DNA from: Glycera tridactyla | Lineage: Eukaryota | Assembly: GCA_965644265.1 (NCBI GenBank) | Contig: OZ286464.1 | Location: 63,612,001-63,676,000, forward strand | Direction: 5' to 3' | Length of the DNA: 64,000 nucleotides | Shown: positions 1 to 12,171 of the stretch, in pieces | Layout: each line of letters opens with the position of its first letter | Position numbering within the stretch: position 1 is the stretch's first letter | Position numbers and translations under genes: made by a program | The notes under the pieces: generated by a model | What the model saw: only the letters and a program-made list of their open reading frames with translations | Databases searched by the model: none | What the model was told of the DNA's origin: nothing

Positions 1-1368
1 CACATAGGGTCTCGTCATTATGAACACTCATATCAGCTGAAGGTGGTGAGGTCGCCAAAAGAAACTAGCGTATAATGCTGTGAAAACGGTGCATAGTGGT
101 ACCTGCGTGTTGGAGTGCTCAAACCCTGTAGACAAACAAGTAGTGATATAGCCTCTCTGTACTATCTACACCACCTTTTTACTTGATGATGCTACAAAGA
201 AACATGTATGCCCGTAGGGCCACGTAAAGTCTGTCAACTCCAAACTTGACGGATATGTTTCTCATGCTGAATTCACCATTTCTCGTCCGATCCGATAGGT
301 GAGGGTTACATAGGTCTTTCGGAGACTATCGAACCTGATTTTGGTTAGTCTGAATGCTTTTAAAGAGAATAGGCTTGCATTTCATTGCATTATTACAGTG
401 AAGCTGTCTCCATTATCGGTTGATCTTTCGTATGCGAAGCAATGGAGATAGTCGCCACAAAACCAGCGTGAAATCGACATATTTGGCGCACGAGGGTGAG
501 ATATAGAAGGGAACCTTGTCGAGATTGCATTTTTAGTCACCGGAGATGTACACAAAGTCTGTCAGTGAGCTTCGTTTCGATGTGATGCGAATTCGTAATA
601 TGTCAGTATGAAATGCGTTCCCGCCAGGTTATGGAGTTGACAGACTATAGCTTCCTCCAGTTAATTGAGTGTTGTGCATGCACATCCTCCTCTCTACAAT
701 TAAGTATGACTTGCACGTGCTATAGCAACACAGAAGCAAATGTACGACCCAGCTGAAATATCAGGCTCCGCGAAAAGCTTTTTACCATCGTCAATATTGC
801 TGTAATACTTCCATCTGGTGTTGAAACAACTGAACTAAGTGAAACCACGTTCTGTGGCCTGACCACGCGAGAAGTCACGCGGTCGACCGGAAGAGAGCCA
901 CACTTCCTGTCATCTGATGTGTGTTTATAAACAAAATAAACTGCTCACACAAGATGTTTTAGAAGACAATAGGGGTGCGGTTCTAACGGAAACATTTGGC
1001 TAACCCCGGAAGGATGAAGTGGCCCTTAAAGACATGATATTAGAATGATCGGTTGGTAGTATCATAGCATGAACCGGTGGCAAACTGCCTTCAAAAATAG
1101 ATGTTTGTCCGATGTTATCGTATCTCCTCAAATAGTACGAACTTAATCAATTTCATGGTACATGTACCTTGAGCAAATGATCAGAGTGATGAGTGGAGAC
1201 TANNNNNNNNNNNNNNNNNNNNNNNNNNNNNNNNNNNNNNNNNNNNNNNNNNNNNNNNNNNNNNNNNNNNNNNNNNNNNNNNNNNNNNNNNNNNNNNNNN
1301 NNNNNNNNNNNNNNNNNNNNNNNNNNNNNNNNNNNNNNTAGATAGATAGGTAGATAGTTGGATAGTTG

Positions 1369-1410
<42 letters not shown>

Positions 1411-1560
1411 TTGACAAATAAATTGGAAGGAAAGCCTAGGCTCGGCCAGAATCACACCACTGATTGCCTAGCTTATACCTCCTTTCTCCCCACTTGAAAC
1501 ACGTACACAATTCGGAGCGAACATATTCATTGTATTGATATACACCATCAACAAGTTTAC

Positions 1561-1667
1561 CACGGTAGATGATGCTCCCTGTCATTCGCAAGGCAGCCCA
1601 TGTAGCAGTCTACCCAGACAGGGATCGGGTACAAGCATAACAGAGCCAAGTACATCAGTATGACTTC
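1561..1667 (-). CDS. Candidate internal coding exon, hydrophobic stretch plus possible start of a WSC-like domain
   Basis: On the minus strand, cttgaccctgctccacag| is an acceptor with branch-like and pyrimidine tract, and |gtaaac is the donor. The 107-nt frame EVILMYLALLCLYPIPVWVDCYMGCLANDREHHLP is open, and YMGC..D resembles the WSC start YxGCxxD. No partner exon was found. Confidence 0.25.
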
Positions 1668-1992
1668 CTGTGGAGCAGGGTCAAGTAGTGCGCATGTGCA
1701 AACCAACAGTAGACATCATCAGTGTTTAACACATCAACATGAGACTAATGTAGAACGTGAAAAAAAGCTTTTTCGATTGTTACAGCCTGTGGTGAGCAGA
1801 AATTCCCATACATTTTATTTGTCCGATATTCCCACCCTCAGACCGTTGCTTCTGTGAAGAGCTGTTTTGTAGGGCTAGACTGTGTTCAAGAATATGAATA
1901 ATTATCTACTTGGAAATGCAGCAAATGTCAAAGGATGCTGAATCAGTTCAATCTATAACAAAGATGATAATATTGTCAATGATGATGATGAA

Positions 1993-2097
1993 GGAATCCT
2001 GGATGATCCCACCCATGCCCATAGCATGGGTGTCACAATATACCACATATGAAGCTGACGTGACCTCAGACCAGAACCAACCAACCAACCACATTCA
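1993..2097 (+). mobile_element. SINE family 1, 3' fragment
   Basis: GATCCCACCCATGCCCATAGCATGGGTGTCACAATATA...GCTGACGTGAC followed by a (CAAC)n tail. The same block recurs at more than 10 dispersed sites. Confidence 0.7.
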
Positions 2098-2655
2098 TGA
2101 AAGAAGCAATAGTGCTAGCAGCGACGACAGCTATATGAATAACAATACCTCCACCCCCACCCCCACCAGCAACAACAACAACACTAACAATTACAACAAC
2201 ATCTCCAATGATTATTGGTAACTGAATCGTAAACAGTCTTTTTCGAGAGGTAAGAGTCTTCCATAAAGCGAGTAGTATTCTCTCATGCTAATCACTGGGG
2301 GGTGTTTATTGCAATAAGTTTGAAGTGGATGTGCACATCTAGATGGAGGCACACATTCTTATGTTCTGCAATTATCTCTCGGATGTAGGACCCGCTTCGG
2401 ATGTTGACTGGGCCGTGAAGCTGCCGCAGTTGTACATTTGTTGCACTGTTTGATATACTCTCATGCGCTATGCAATAACTGATGTAAGCAAACATGCCAA
2501 TTCCAGGGATCATTTCACTGATGACTAGACTGATATGTCTCATCACATAAGCGTGAATTACTCTGCAAGATAAGAATGTGATGTATTATAAATGTCTATG
2601 GCAATAGAGCTATATACAAAAAACGGGTCTTTTATGGTTGGAATCAAGAATATGG

Positions 2656-4030
2656 TGTATAGCGAAGTATATCAGATATGTCATTTACTGTGTGTAACAA
2701 AGTGTAAAGTATCATATACAGCAAATATGTAATTCACTGTGTGTATCAAAGTGTAGAGTATCATATACAGCAAATATGTCATTTACTGTATGTAACAAAG
2801 TGTAGACTATCATATACAGCAAATGTGTCATTCACTGTGTATAACAAAGTGAAGAGTATCATATACCATAAATATTTCATTCACTGTGAGAAAGAGAATA
2901 TTTTTGTAGAGCAAAGTGTAGAGTATCATATACCACAGATATGTTGTTTACTGTAGAGCAAAGTGTAGAGTATCATAAACTACAAATACGTCATTTACTG
3001 TGTATAGCAAAGTGTAGAGTATCATATACTGCAAATATGTCATTCACTGTGTATAACAAAGTGAAGAGTATCATATACCATAAATATTTCATTCACTGTG
3101 AGAAATGGAAATATCTTTGTAAAGCAAAGTGTAGAGTATCATATACCACAGATATGTTGTTTACTGTAGAGCAAAGTGTAGAGTATCATAAACTACAAAT
3201 ACGTCATTTACTGTGTATAGCAAAGTGTAGAGTATCATAAACTACAAATATGTCATTTACTGTGTACAGCAAAGTGTAGAGTATCATCTACCACGAATAT
3301 GGCATTCACCGTGAATAGCAAAGTGGAGTGTATCATATACCACAAATATGGCATTCACCGTGTACTGCAAAGTGTAGAGTACCATATACAGCAAATATGT
3401 CATTTACTGTATGTAACAAAGTGTAGACTATCATATACAGCAAATGTGTCATTCACTGTGAATAACAAAGTGAAGAGTATCATATACCATAAATATATCA
3501 TTCACTGTGAGAAAGAGAATATTTTTGTAGAGCAAAGTGTAGAGTATCATATACCACAGATATGTTGTTTACTGTAGAGCAAAGTGTAGAGTATCATAAA
3601 CTACAAATACGTCATTTACTGTGTATAGCAAAGTGTAGAGTATCATATACTGCAAATATGTCATTCACTGTGTATAACAAAGTGAAGAGTATCATAGACC
3701 ATAAATATTTCATTCATTGTGAGAGATGGAAATATTTTTGTATAGCGAAGTGTAGAGTATCATATACCACAGATATGTTGTTTACTATAGAGCAAAGTGT
3801 AGAGTATCATAAACTACAAATATGTCATTTACTGTGTACAGCAAAGTGTAGAGTATCATCTACCACGAATACGTCATTTACTGTGAATAGCAAAGTGGAG
3901 TGTATCATATACCACAAATATGGCATTCACCGTGTACAGCAAAGTGTAGAGTACCATATACAGCAAATATGTCATTTACTGTATATAACAAAGTGTAGAG
4001 TATCATATACTACAAATATGGCATTCACTA
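2656..4030. repeat. 49-bp tandem satellite (~27 monomers) with higher-order repeat
   Basis: Monomer CAAAGTGTAGAGTATCATATACCACAAATATGTCATTTACTGTGTATAG starts at 2698, 2747, 2796, 2845, 2912, 2959, 3008, 3057, 3125 ... 3940, 3989, with 47- and 67/68-bp variants. Confidence 0.95.
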
Positions 4031-4087
4031 CGAGAAATAGGAATATGGCACATAGCAACGTGTTGAGTATCTTATATCTTATGCGCG

Positions 4088-4093
4088 CACACA

Positions 4094-4162
<69 letters not shown>
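4088..4162. repeat. (CA)n microsatellite
   Basis: Direct reading. Confidence 0.95.
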
Positions 4163-4165
<3 letters not shown>

Positions 4166-4564
4166 ATGCATTGTATCGAGGGAGGGAGGTTCAAGCCTTC
4201 TAGTAATCATGTTATATGTACGTTCTGGGAAATCTAGACAAGAGATGAGCAAAAATTCATAATCACCGCGTGGTTGGAGAAGGATGAGAATTGTAATCCC
4301 CATACGCTCGTATTCATGCTGGCAGGGTCCCTATGAAAAATGGACATTTAATTACCTCCTCCCCCTGTGTGATCGATCAATGTTCAATTTTAGTAAACAA
4401 GAGAATACACGCGATAACACGAGGCTACATTTGTTGGTGTTTGTAGGCCGGGGCGTGTTCGAAATTGTACCCGAGTGCAGGCGTGTTCGAATGCGGGATT
4501 TGAATCGAAACCCGAATGACCGATCGAACTGTCACTGGCCTGATTTTGGTTTCTCATACCTGGG

Positions 4565-4735
4565 GTGTGTTGTTTGTGGGGTAATAAAGTGTTTGTGGAT
4601 CTTATCGATTTCACCCGGCGTTCGGTGACCGATGAGCGGGTGAGAAGCCATACCCTTCCATCCGTATTAAGCGAGCGTCCCAATATAGCACTCCATATAT
4701 AGGTCACGTGTGGTTGAACGACACCAATCAAACAG
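4565..4735 (+). mobile_element. Diverged SINE family 1 copy
   Basis: GTGTTTGTGG...GCGTCCCAATATAGC...GTTGAACGACACCAATCAAAC matches the family body and tail loosely. Confidence 0.4.
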
Positions 4736-5174
4736 GCAATGTCCACTTTTGCCCTACCTGAACACAATTTCCAGCAGTCACCTAGATAAGTTGTCATTTT
4801 AATACTATTTCACCCGCCACTGATGACACATGAGGAGAGTGGGGAATTATCCAACCCATGCCCATTTTATGAGCGTTTCAATATAGCCATAATTGTCAAT
4901 GAAACGAAAACGAACCCTCATGCATTCACCCTCCTATACCGTTGATGTTACCTAAGGAGAAGGCATCTCTTTCTAATGGAAACACAAATCTAGCTGAGAT
5001 TGTTCCTTTTTTTTTTGGCTGAATCACATAGGGAACGGGGTGTTTTCAACAGAAAGACTAAGTGTTTTTATGAAAATCATGGAGCTGGTATAGTGGAGTC
5101 AGGCCTGTCTACAATGACCGACCTCGCTTACTTGAAAATATGCATTTGTAGACAGGTGGAAGGTTATTCAATTT

Positions 5175-5507
5175 GAGAATCCAGAAAGGGTCTTGGTTGG
5201 TCACACCCGTGGTTACTGCATGAGCGTAACAATATCACACACACGGGTCTTGGTTGGTCACACCCGTGGTTACTGCATGAGCGTAACAATATCACACACA
5301 CGGGTCTTGGTTGGTCACACCCGTGGTTACTGCATGAGCGTAACAATATCACACACACGGGTCTTGGTTGGTCACACCCGTGGTTACTGCATGAGCGTAA
5401 CAATATCACACACACGGGTCTTGGTTGGTCACACCCGTGGTTACTGCATGAGCGTAACAATATCACACACACGGGGCTGACGTGACGGTAAACCTAAACC
5501 AACCAAC
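5175..5507 (+). mobile_element. SINE family 1 copy carrying five exact 57-bp tandem units (5188-5472)
   Basis: Units start at 5188, 5245, 5302, 5359 and 5416, followed by the family tail GCTGACGTGACGGTAAACCTAAACCAACCAAC. Confidence 0.8.
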
Positions 5508-6039
5508 TGCTATCATGCCCACTGCACTGGATAGCCGTCGTGGGTAGGTAGCCAATGTATTGAGATGGTCTAGAGCAGGTATAACTCTATAAGACAAACA
5601 TGAGATGTCCTAGAAAGACGATAAAGGCCCACAATTGATTTGTCCAGTACTTTTATACATGCTCGACGCACAAAACTGGCCATGTTTACATGCACCAGGA
5701 GCATTGGTGAGAGAAATCCAGTAGCCCTCATGTTAGTTTCGCATGCTTTGGCTAGTCCCAGCAGGCAGGTGGCCTGCAGTCAGAGGCGAGCAGGAGCTGG
5801 GACCCTTGGGAGGCAGGCATGCGATGTTGTGTGCCAGTGAATGTCACAAGGGATACGGAGCATACAGACCAGCCTCTCAGATGCTCTCAGGGCAATCTTC
5901 TCTCTATCTACCGACATCAAATATTCACCAGCACCAGTTTAAACAAGATTTCCTTCATAGATTGCTGCATGGACATGTGCATGTTTTTTGTTTGAATGGA
6001 TTAGTGGGGTTGTTAGGATGTTGTATGGTGATCATAATA

Positions 6040-6612
6040 GCGTCATCACCACCGTCACCATCGCCGCCACTGCCACCGCCACTGCTACCATGACTTCCAC
6101 AGACCGATACTGAACTATGTCTGTGATTCTAATAAACTTTCGTCTTCCTTGGGGACACAGAAAGGGATTCTTACAATCACCACTAGCCCTTCACCATCAC
6201 CACCAACACCGACGCCTCCACCATCAACACTAGCACCAACCCGATCACCAACACCCTATATTTCACCACCGCCATTACCGCCACCACCGCCGCCGCCGCC
6301 ACCACCACCACCGCAACTTCGAACAGCTCCGTAACCTCGGACAGCAGCAGCAGCAGCAGCAGCGCCACCAGCACCCTTCATCATAAGCACCAACACCGAT
6401 GCCTCCACCATCACCATCACCATCACCATCATCACCACTGCCATCAGCACCACCACCACCATGACCAACACGAAGCAGCAGCACCTCCACCACCATCACC
6501 ATCACCATCAACACCACCACCACCAACACCAACACCACTACCATCACAAAGCAGCACCACCATCATAATTTGCATCACCACCCCCTCCACCACCACCACT
6601 ATCATCATCCTG
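6040..6612. repeat. Degenerate (CAC/CAT/CAG)n trinucleotide low-complexity tract
   Basis: Direct reading. A mirror (GGT/GAT)n tract lies at 7054-7185. Confidence 0.9.
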
Positions 6613-6939
6613 GTGAGGAAAATTCATGTCACCAACATGTACTTTCTATCGGCTCACTCACTTGTCAATGTGGAAAGTAACCATTTCACGTGTTTTCACA
6701 TTTAACCTTTGTTCCTCCACATGTATGCCGATAACCTACTACGAAACCATGATGGAATACGCAGTCATGCGCATAAAACACACAAATAAAACATCAATCT
6801 GAGGAGCAGTAGCGTTGTGAGACACAGAAAAACTCCTGTTTTAGCCATGATAGTTGTGAGATTAGCGTCTGTAACATGATTTAGTTAGCTGCAGGCTTAT
6901 CTCAGGAGACCAGAGGCAGCCCCAGCATGCTAACAAACC

Positions 6940-7030
6940 CCCACGGACCCGCCCGCTGATTTCCTCCGTCGCACGAAAACGAGCCTCCCCGGTCGTGTTA
7001 CGTATCCGCCATTTTGCCCCCGAGCTTCTC
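6940..7030 (-). promoter_or_regulatory. CpG-rich promoter-like patch with YY1-type motif
   Basis: High local CpG density and CCGCCATTTT at 7006-7015 (AAAATGGCGG on the minus strand). The embedded ATG gives only MADT*. Confidence 0.25.
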
Positions 7031-7904
7031 CCGGGTGTTGTGTGTGAGCAGGGTTGGTGGGTGGTGGTGATGGTGATGGTGATGGTGATGGTGGTAGTGT
7101 TGGTATTGGTGTTGGTGGTGGTTGTTGTGATGGTGGTTATGGTGATGGAGGTGGTGGTGGTGATGGCGATGACGACGACAGCAACNNNNNNNNNNNNNNN
7201 NNNNNNNNNNNNNNNNNNNNNNNNNNNNNNNNNNNNNNNNNNNNNNNNNNNNNNNNNNNNNNNNNNNNNNNNNNNNNNNNNNNNNNNNNNNNNNNNNNNN
7301 NNNNNNNNNNNNNNNNNNNNNNNNNNNNNNNNNNNNNNNNNNNNNNNNNNNNNNNNNNNNNNNNNNNNNNNNNNNNNNNNNGTTCTCTTCACCCCCATCC
7401 TCATCTCCCTCTCATGGATATGATGATGTGTCTTACATCAATTCATCATGTTTTTCATTAGAGACCTCAGAGAGACATTCATTTTCGACGTTTCCACGAA
7501 TGGATGAGGTAGCAACAAAAACTGCGGTTCAGGGGTTGAGAGCGATAATCAGGTTGTTTCATGTTAAACACGGCCAAAACATTTGTCATACAACTGGGAC
7601 CTCAGTCCCAAGAGAATCAAACACAAATAAAGTCAAAATAATTCATGTTCTCTCCCATTGTCTCGCCTTCCTTTAGGCGAGCGATGATGAGCTACGTTCG
7701 ACGTCATAATCAAGTTTTTGTCTGGAATATTTTCTCTTAATGAAGTTGGGAACCCTAGGGATCATGTCTTATACGATTGTTCTGCACTGAACCAGTGTGT
7801 GCAGGCATGAAATTGAAAGCAGGCAGGTATTCATATTGGGGCATTTCTGCGCGAGCTGTTCTATGGTTCATTCCATCGAGAGTATACAATCATTTAGCAT
7901 AATA

Positions 7905-8082
7905 CAGTCGAACCTGCTCTAAAGACCATCTCTCTATAAAGACCACCTGCCTATTAAGACCGCCCTGAGCTGCGACTGTGATAGTATTTTCAACTGTAAA
8001 TGACCTCTCTATAAAAACCACCTGCCCATAAAGACCACTTTTCGATGCGACCGAAGGCGGTCTTTATAGACAGGTTCGACTG
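7905..8082 (+). mobile_element. 178-bp MITE, Tc1/mariner(pogo)-type
   Basis: Perfect 12-bp TIR CAGTCGAACCTG...CAGGTTCGACTG, flanked by TA at 7903-7904 and 8083-8084, with internal AAAGACCACC repeats. Confidence 0.9.
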
Positions 8083-8551
8083 TAGTTGTGATCACTTGCT
8101 TCTATTCAAGATCATTTCCAGGAGTTAGAGTTTCTGGGTTTGTGCGAGTGATGTCTGCAGAAGAGAGAACATCTTGGTCGTATTCTTGCTAGAACATCTA
8201 GCTGGTCTAATTGATCGTATTCTTGTTTGGTGATGCCCCCTTGATTATACACACCATGAATTCATTCAGTATCAAGAGAATCAGACTGATGGTATTTGGA
8301 TGCAATTATTGAATTGAAGAAATATGTGAAACAGAAAGGAACGAGATGTACTAGGTGGAACCTATCTATCCATGAAATAAATTCAGACTATTTCAAACAG
8401 GAATGTTTCTATAACTCTGTGAATACAATTCTATCCACAAATTATACAAATTGAGGTGATCTTTATCTGAAGAAATTAATGGCGTTTTTAGAAACAGGAA
8501 GTTTGTTGACACGAAACTATGCACCGAGAGACATCTATTGGCATTTCATTG

Positions 8552-8700
8552 CTTGGTTGTTTTATGTCTTGTTAGCGTCATCTGGGCTATATTGAGACGT
8601 GCATTGGGCAAGCGAGGGATTATTCAACACACCTCCTTTTGGATCCTCTATGGAAGGTGAAAGTATATGAAACTCACAGACACAGGGCCGATTGTCCAAG
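8552..8700 (-). mobile_element. SINE family 1 copy
   Basis: The reverse complement reads ...GAGGATCCAAAAGGAGG...GTCTCAATATAGCCCAGATGACGCTAACAAGACATAAAACAACCAAGC. Confidence 0.7.
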
Positions 8701-10271
8701 ATGCCAGTGCTCAATGGGTGAGGTAAATACGGTACAGGCATGTAGGTTAGGGATTGAATATGAACATCGGTTATTGTCTGAGACTGAAGTTTGTGAATTA
8801 TAGAGGGCAGGAATCCCCGGAGCTGTAAATGCCACCCTGACATGTTGTCCGACTCGTGTCTTACACGTGTTGACCTAACTTTGGACATGATTGACACCCT
8901 GGAGATTCATCTTATTGCCTTCTTTCTATGTCTAGATCACGCATCTGCGTGACCTGCCCCATCCTCATGAAGCAATTACCATGGGAACCCAGAAAATCAT
9001 ATCAAATACATGCCTCCAGATACGAACTACGCACTTGTTAATACAAACACTAAAGTAGGACAAATAGTCACAACATCAGATTTAATCATTCAATTTGGCT
9101 AGAATACCACCTTCCTGTAGATTATCCAGAGATGATATAAAACATGTACAGTATGAACAATGTTTCATAATTAGTGAGAAGCCTTCCAAGGTACTGCAGT
9201 TGCCAACCGTTGCATTGCTTACGAGGGCGGGTGGAGGAATCGGGTAGGGAATATGGTCAGCGTGGCAGAACTAGAGATGGCCGGCTCACCTTTTATTGAA
9301 GATTTCCCACTAGGTTTATATATCATAAAATTACAATGAAGAGGAAGTTTGATAAATTAAACTTTCTCTCCTGGTTCTACATGCAATTATCTCTCGATGG
9401 TGCCTGTCTGTACTTAGAATATGGCATGACCCGTGTGTGTGGGGCATTGAATATTTCGTAGGATAAAGTTCAATCGGTCAAGGTTTTTATCGAGTCTGAT
9501 CACCCAATCGGGAGTCCTGCGTATCAGGGAAATTAGCCAAAAACTGGACCTTTAGTATTGTAGCGAAAATGCCCGGAAGACCGTCAATTGTTTGTGGGTG
9601 GGTGGGTGGGTGGGTGGGTGGGGGGGGGGGGTAGNNNNNNNNNNNNNNNNNNNNNNNNNNNNNNNNNNNNNNNNNNNNNNNNNNNNNNNNNNNNNNNNNN
9701 NNNNNNNNNNNNNNNNNNNNNNNNNNNNNNNNNNNNNNNNNNNNNNNNNNNNNNNNNNNNNNNNNNNNNNNNNNNNNNNNNNNNNNNNNNNNNNNNNNNN
9801 NNNNNNNNNNNNNNNNNNNNNNNNNNNNNNNNNGCCTGCCTGTCCGTCCGTCCATCCGTCCGTCCATCCGTCCATCCGTCCGTCCGTCCATCCATTCATC
9901 CCTCCATCCATCCATCCTTCCCTACATTTGCAGGTTGTATTCAGTGAGAGGGGGTGTAGTTAAGAAAGGTGTTGGATTAGGACGTGGGGTGACGGGGGTG
10001 AGAGGTAGCAGTATACGCTTCATTAAACAGGGGATGGACCGAGCTACTCCAGGTGATTGTTATCACCAACAATTAACACTTTCTGCTAATTGCGTGAATT
10101 TAACGTACAGGTGCTAGACAATGAAATCGGTGGCGGAGATGGTGATGAGGGAAAGTGGCATGAGGTGACAGAAAACGTCCCATGCGTGAGATAGTAATGG
10201 AAAAGCTTGGCATGCACGGAGCCTACACAACATTCGCGCACACACCCACACGCACACACGCACGCACACTC

Positions 10272-10272
<1 letters not shown>

Positions 10273-10339
<67 letters not shown>

Positions 10340-10460
10340 GCTTGTTCGTCTGTCTGTCTGTCCGTTGATAACTGACTAACCAGCTATCCATCTGTCTGCC
10401 TGCTGTCTGTCTGTATGTCTGTCTAACTGACTGACTACTCAACTAACTAACTAATAACTA
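10273..10460. repeat. (CTAT)n / (CTGT)n / (CTAA)n compound microsatellite
   Basis: Direct reading; lies next to a gap. Confidence 0.9.
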
Positions 10461-12171
10461 ACTAAATGCCAGTCTGTNNNNNNNNNNNNNNNNNNNNNNN
10501 NNNNNNNNNNNNNNNNNNNNNNNNNNNNNNNNNNNNNNNNNNNNNNNNNNNNNNNNNNNNNNNNNNNNNNNNNNNNNNNNNNNNNNNNNNNNNNNNNNNN
10601 NNNNNNNNNNNNNNNNNNNNNNNNNNNNNNNNNNNNNNNNNNNNNNNNNNNNNNNNNNNNNNNNNNNNNNNNNNNNNNNNNNNNNNNNNNNNNNNNNNNN
10701 NNNNNNNNNNNNNNNNNNNNNNNNNNNNNNNNNNNNNNNNNNNNNNNNNNNNNNNNNNNNNNNNNNNNNNNNNNTCTATCAACCTGTGTAATTGTCATCA
10801 ATCAGAGAAAATTGTTGTTTTCAAATTGCAATTCGTCCTGGATGTATCCCCATTACACATGATAATCCTTTTCAAATGTTTGCCGAACTCCTGGACATCT
10901 CCCCACAACACCTAAAATAGGCTACACCAGTGTCGAACATGCCACAAATTAAATCCCGTCTTACGGCATACTTACATCATTCAGCGCGAATGAGGCAGAA
11001 TGACTGAGTACACAAGTAATGGGTAGCTCATTGAAAATGTGATAATGACCCCTGAAGCAAGGTGCTCTTGTTTCGAGTAGCACCTATATATTGTGTCCTA
11101 AATGGATCTCGACACGTAGGGTATTGTCGAATGAGGGTGGGGTACTTAACACATAGGCCTTGTGTACATAAGCGCTCGTGATCAGTATGTAATCACCCCG
11201 AAATACGCGCTTGTTGTTGTTGGCTCTGGTTGGTTGGTTTGGATTGAACGGCATGCATCAATCAAAGTGAGGATGAATACTTTGTGTTTCTGATCTATTA
11301 AGTTCAATACACCGTCCCTTGCAAGCATCACCCCCGAGGACCCCGAACACAATATGATAGGTAACCATAAAAGTTGCCATGTGGAATTAAGCTTCCATGA
11401 ATTCAGACATACAGGTGCCTACACATGCTATTACACATGAGCTACATGTACTTGATGGCATAAACAACGGTGTACATTTTACATAGAACATGATACTCGA
11501 AACATGGGAATGCTTTAGGTTTAGTGTATACTTGAGCGAAGTGTTCATTCAATAACATTCAATCTCATGCCAGCCCCCCCCCCCCTGTCCTATACCGAAC
11601 AGGCCATCCTAGATTGCGAGGAAGAAGTCTTATATGTAGGCAGATCATAGATGCTACCATCTATGGTCAGATGGCTTTTGTAGGGAGGTTGATCCAAGTG
11701 AAATTTCGACCACAGTCGCCTGGAGAGCGATCATTCCACATTGCAGGCGGTCTTTATTAGGTCTGTCTGAGATAGAATGAAAGAGATGGAGGAGAAGAAG
11801 GAGAGGGAGAGAGAGAGGGGGGGGGGGCTGGAAGGGAGAAAGACAGACTATCAGACCCCCCCCCCCTCACTCACTCTCTCACCCACTCACACCTGGCTCA
11901 TTTGGTGAGTGTGATTATGCTCACTTTGAAGTGTTAAGTTTACATCAGGTGGTCAGTAAATCATGTCAGTGAGCTCATTAGGCACTGCTTCATTATTTAC
12001 ATTTTAATCAGGTTGGTCAATCAACCGACAGGTGTCAGTTTACGTCACAAAGACTAGCCAATCATACCATCCAATCTTCACACAGCATCCATTATACACC
12101 GGCTCGGCTAATTACCAAGAAAGTCTGCATAGTCCACATTATCCGGACTTTCCATTTCAATATCTAACCAT

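Noticed and set aside
398-458. Three-way-junction hairpin (CTGTCTCCATT...AATGGAGATAG) as a ribozyme or pre-miRNA
   Set aside because: There is no CUGAUGA/GAAA hammerhead core, the stem is too short and branched for a pre-miRNA, and it is single copy.
1910-2221. ADVT / GADVT peptides (also 12458-12863) as ankyrin repeats
   Set aside because: They come from the SINE tail GCTGACGTGAC / GCTGATGTAAC; no TPLH motif is present.
4660-4740. Minus-strand CCAAT, E-box and TATATA arrangement as a Pol II promoter
   Set aside because: It overlaps a plus-strand SINE family 1 tail, which explains the motifs.
2656-5472. 49-bp and 57-bp arrays as CRISPR arrays
   Set aside because: There are no unique spacers, no cas genes, and the context is eukaryotic.
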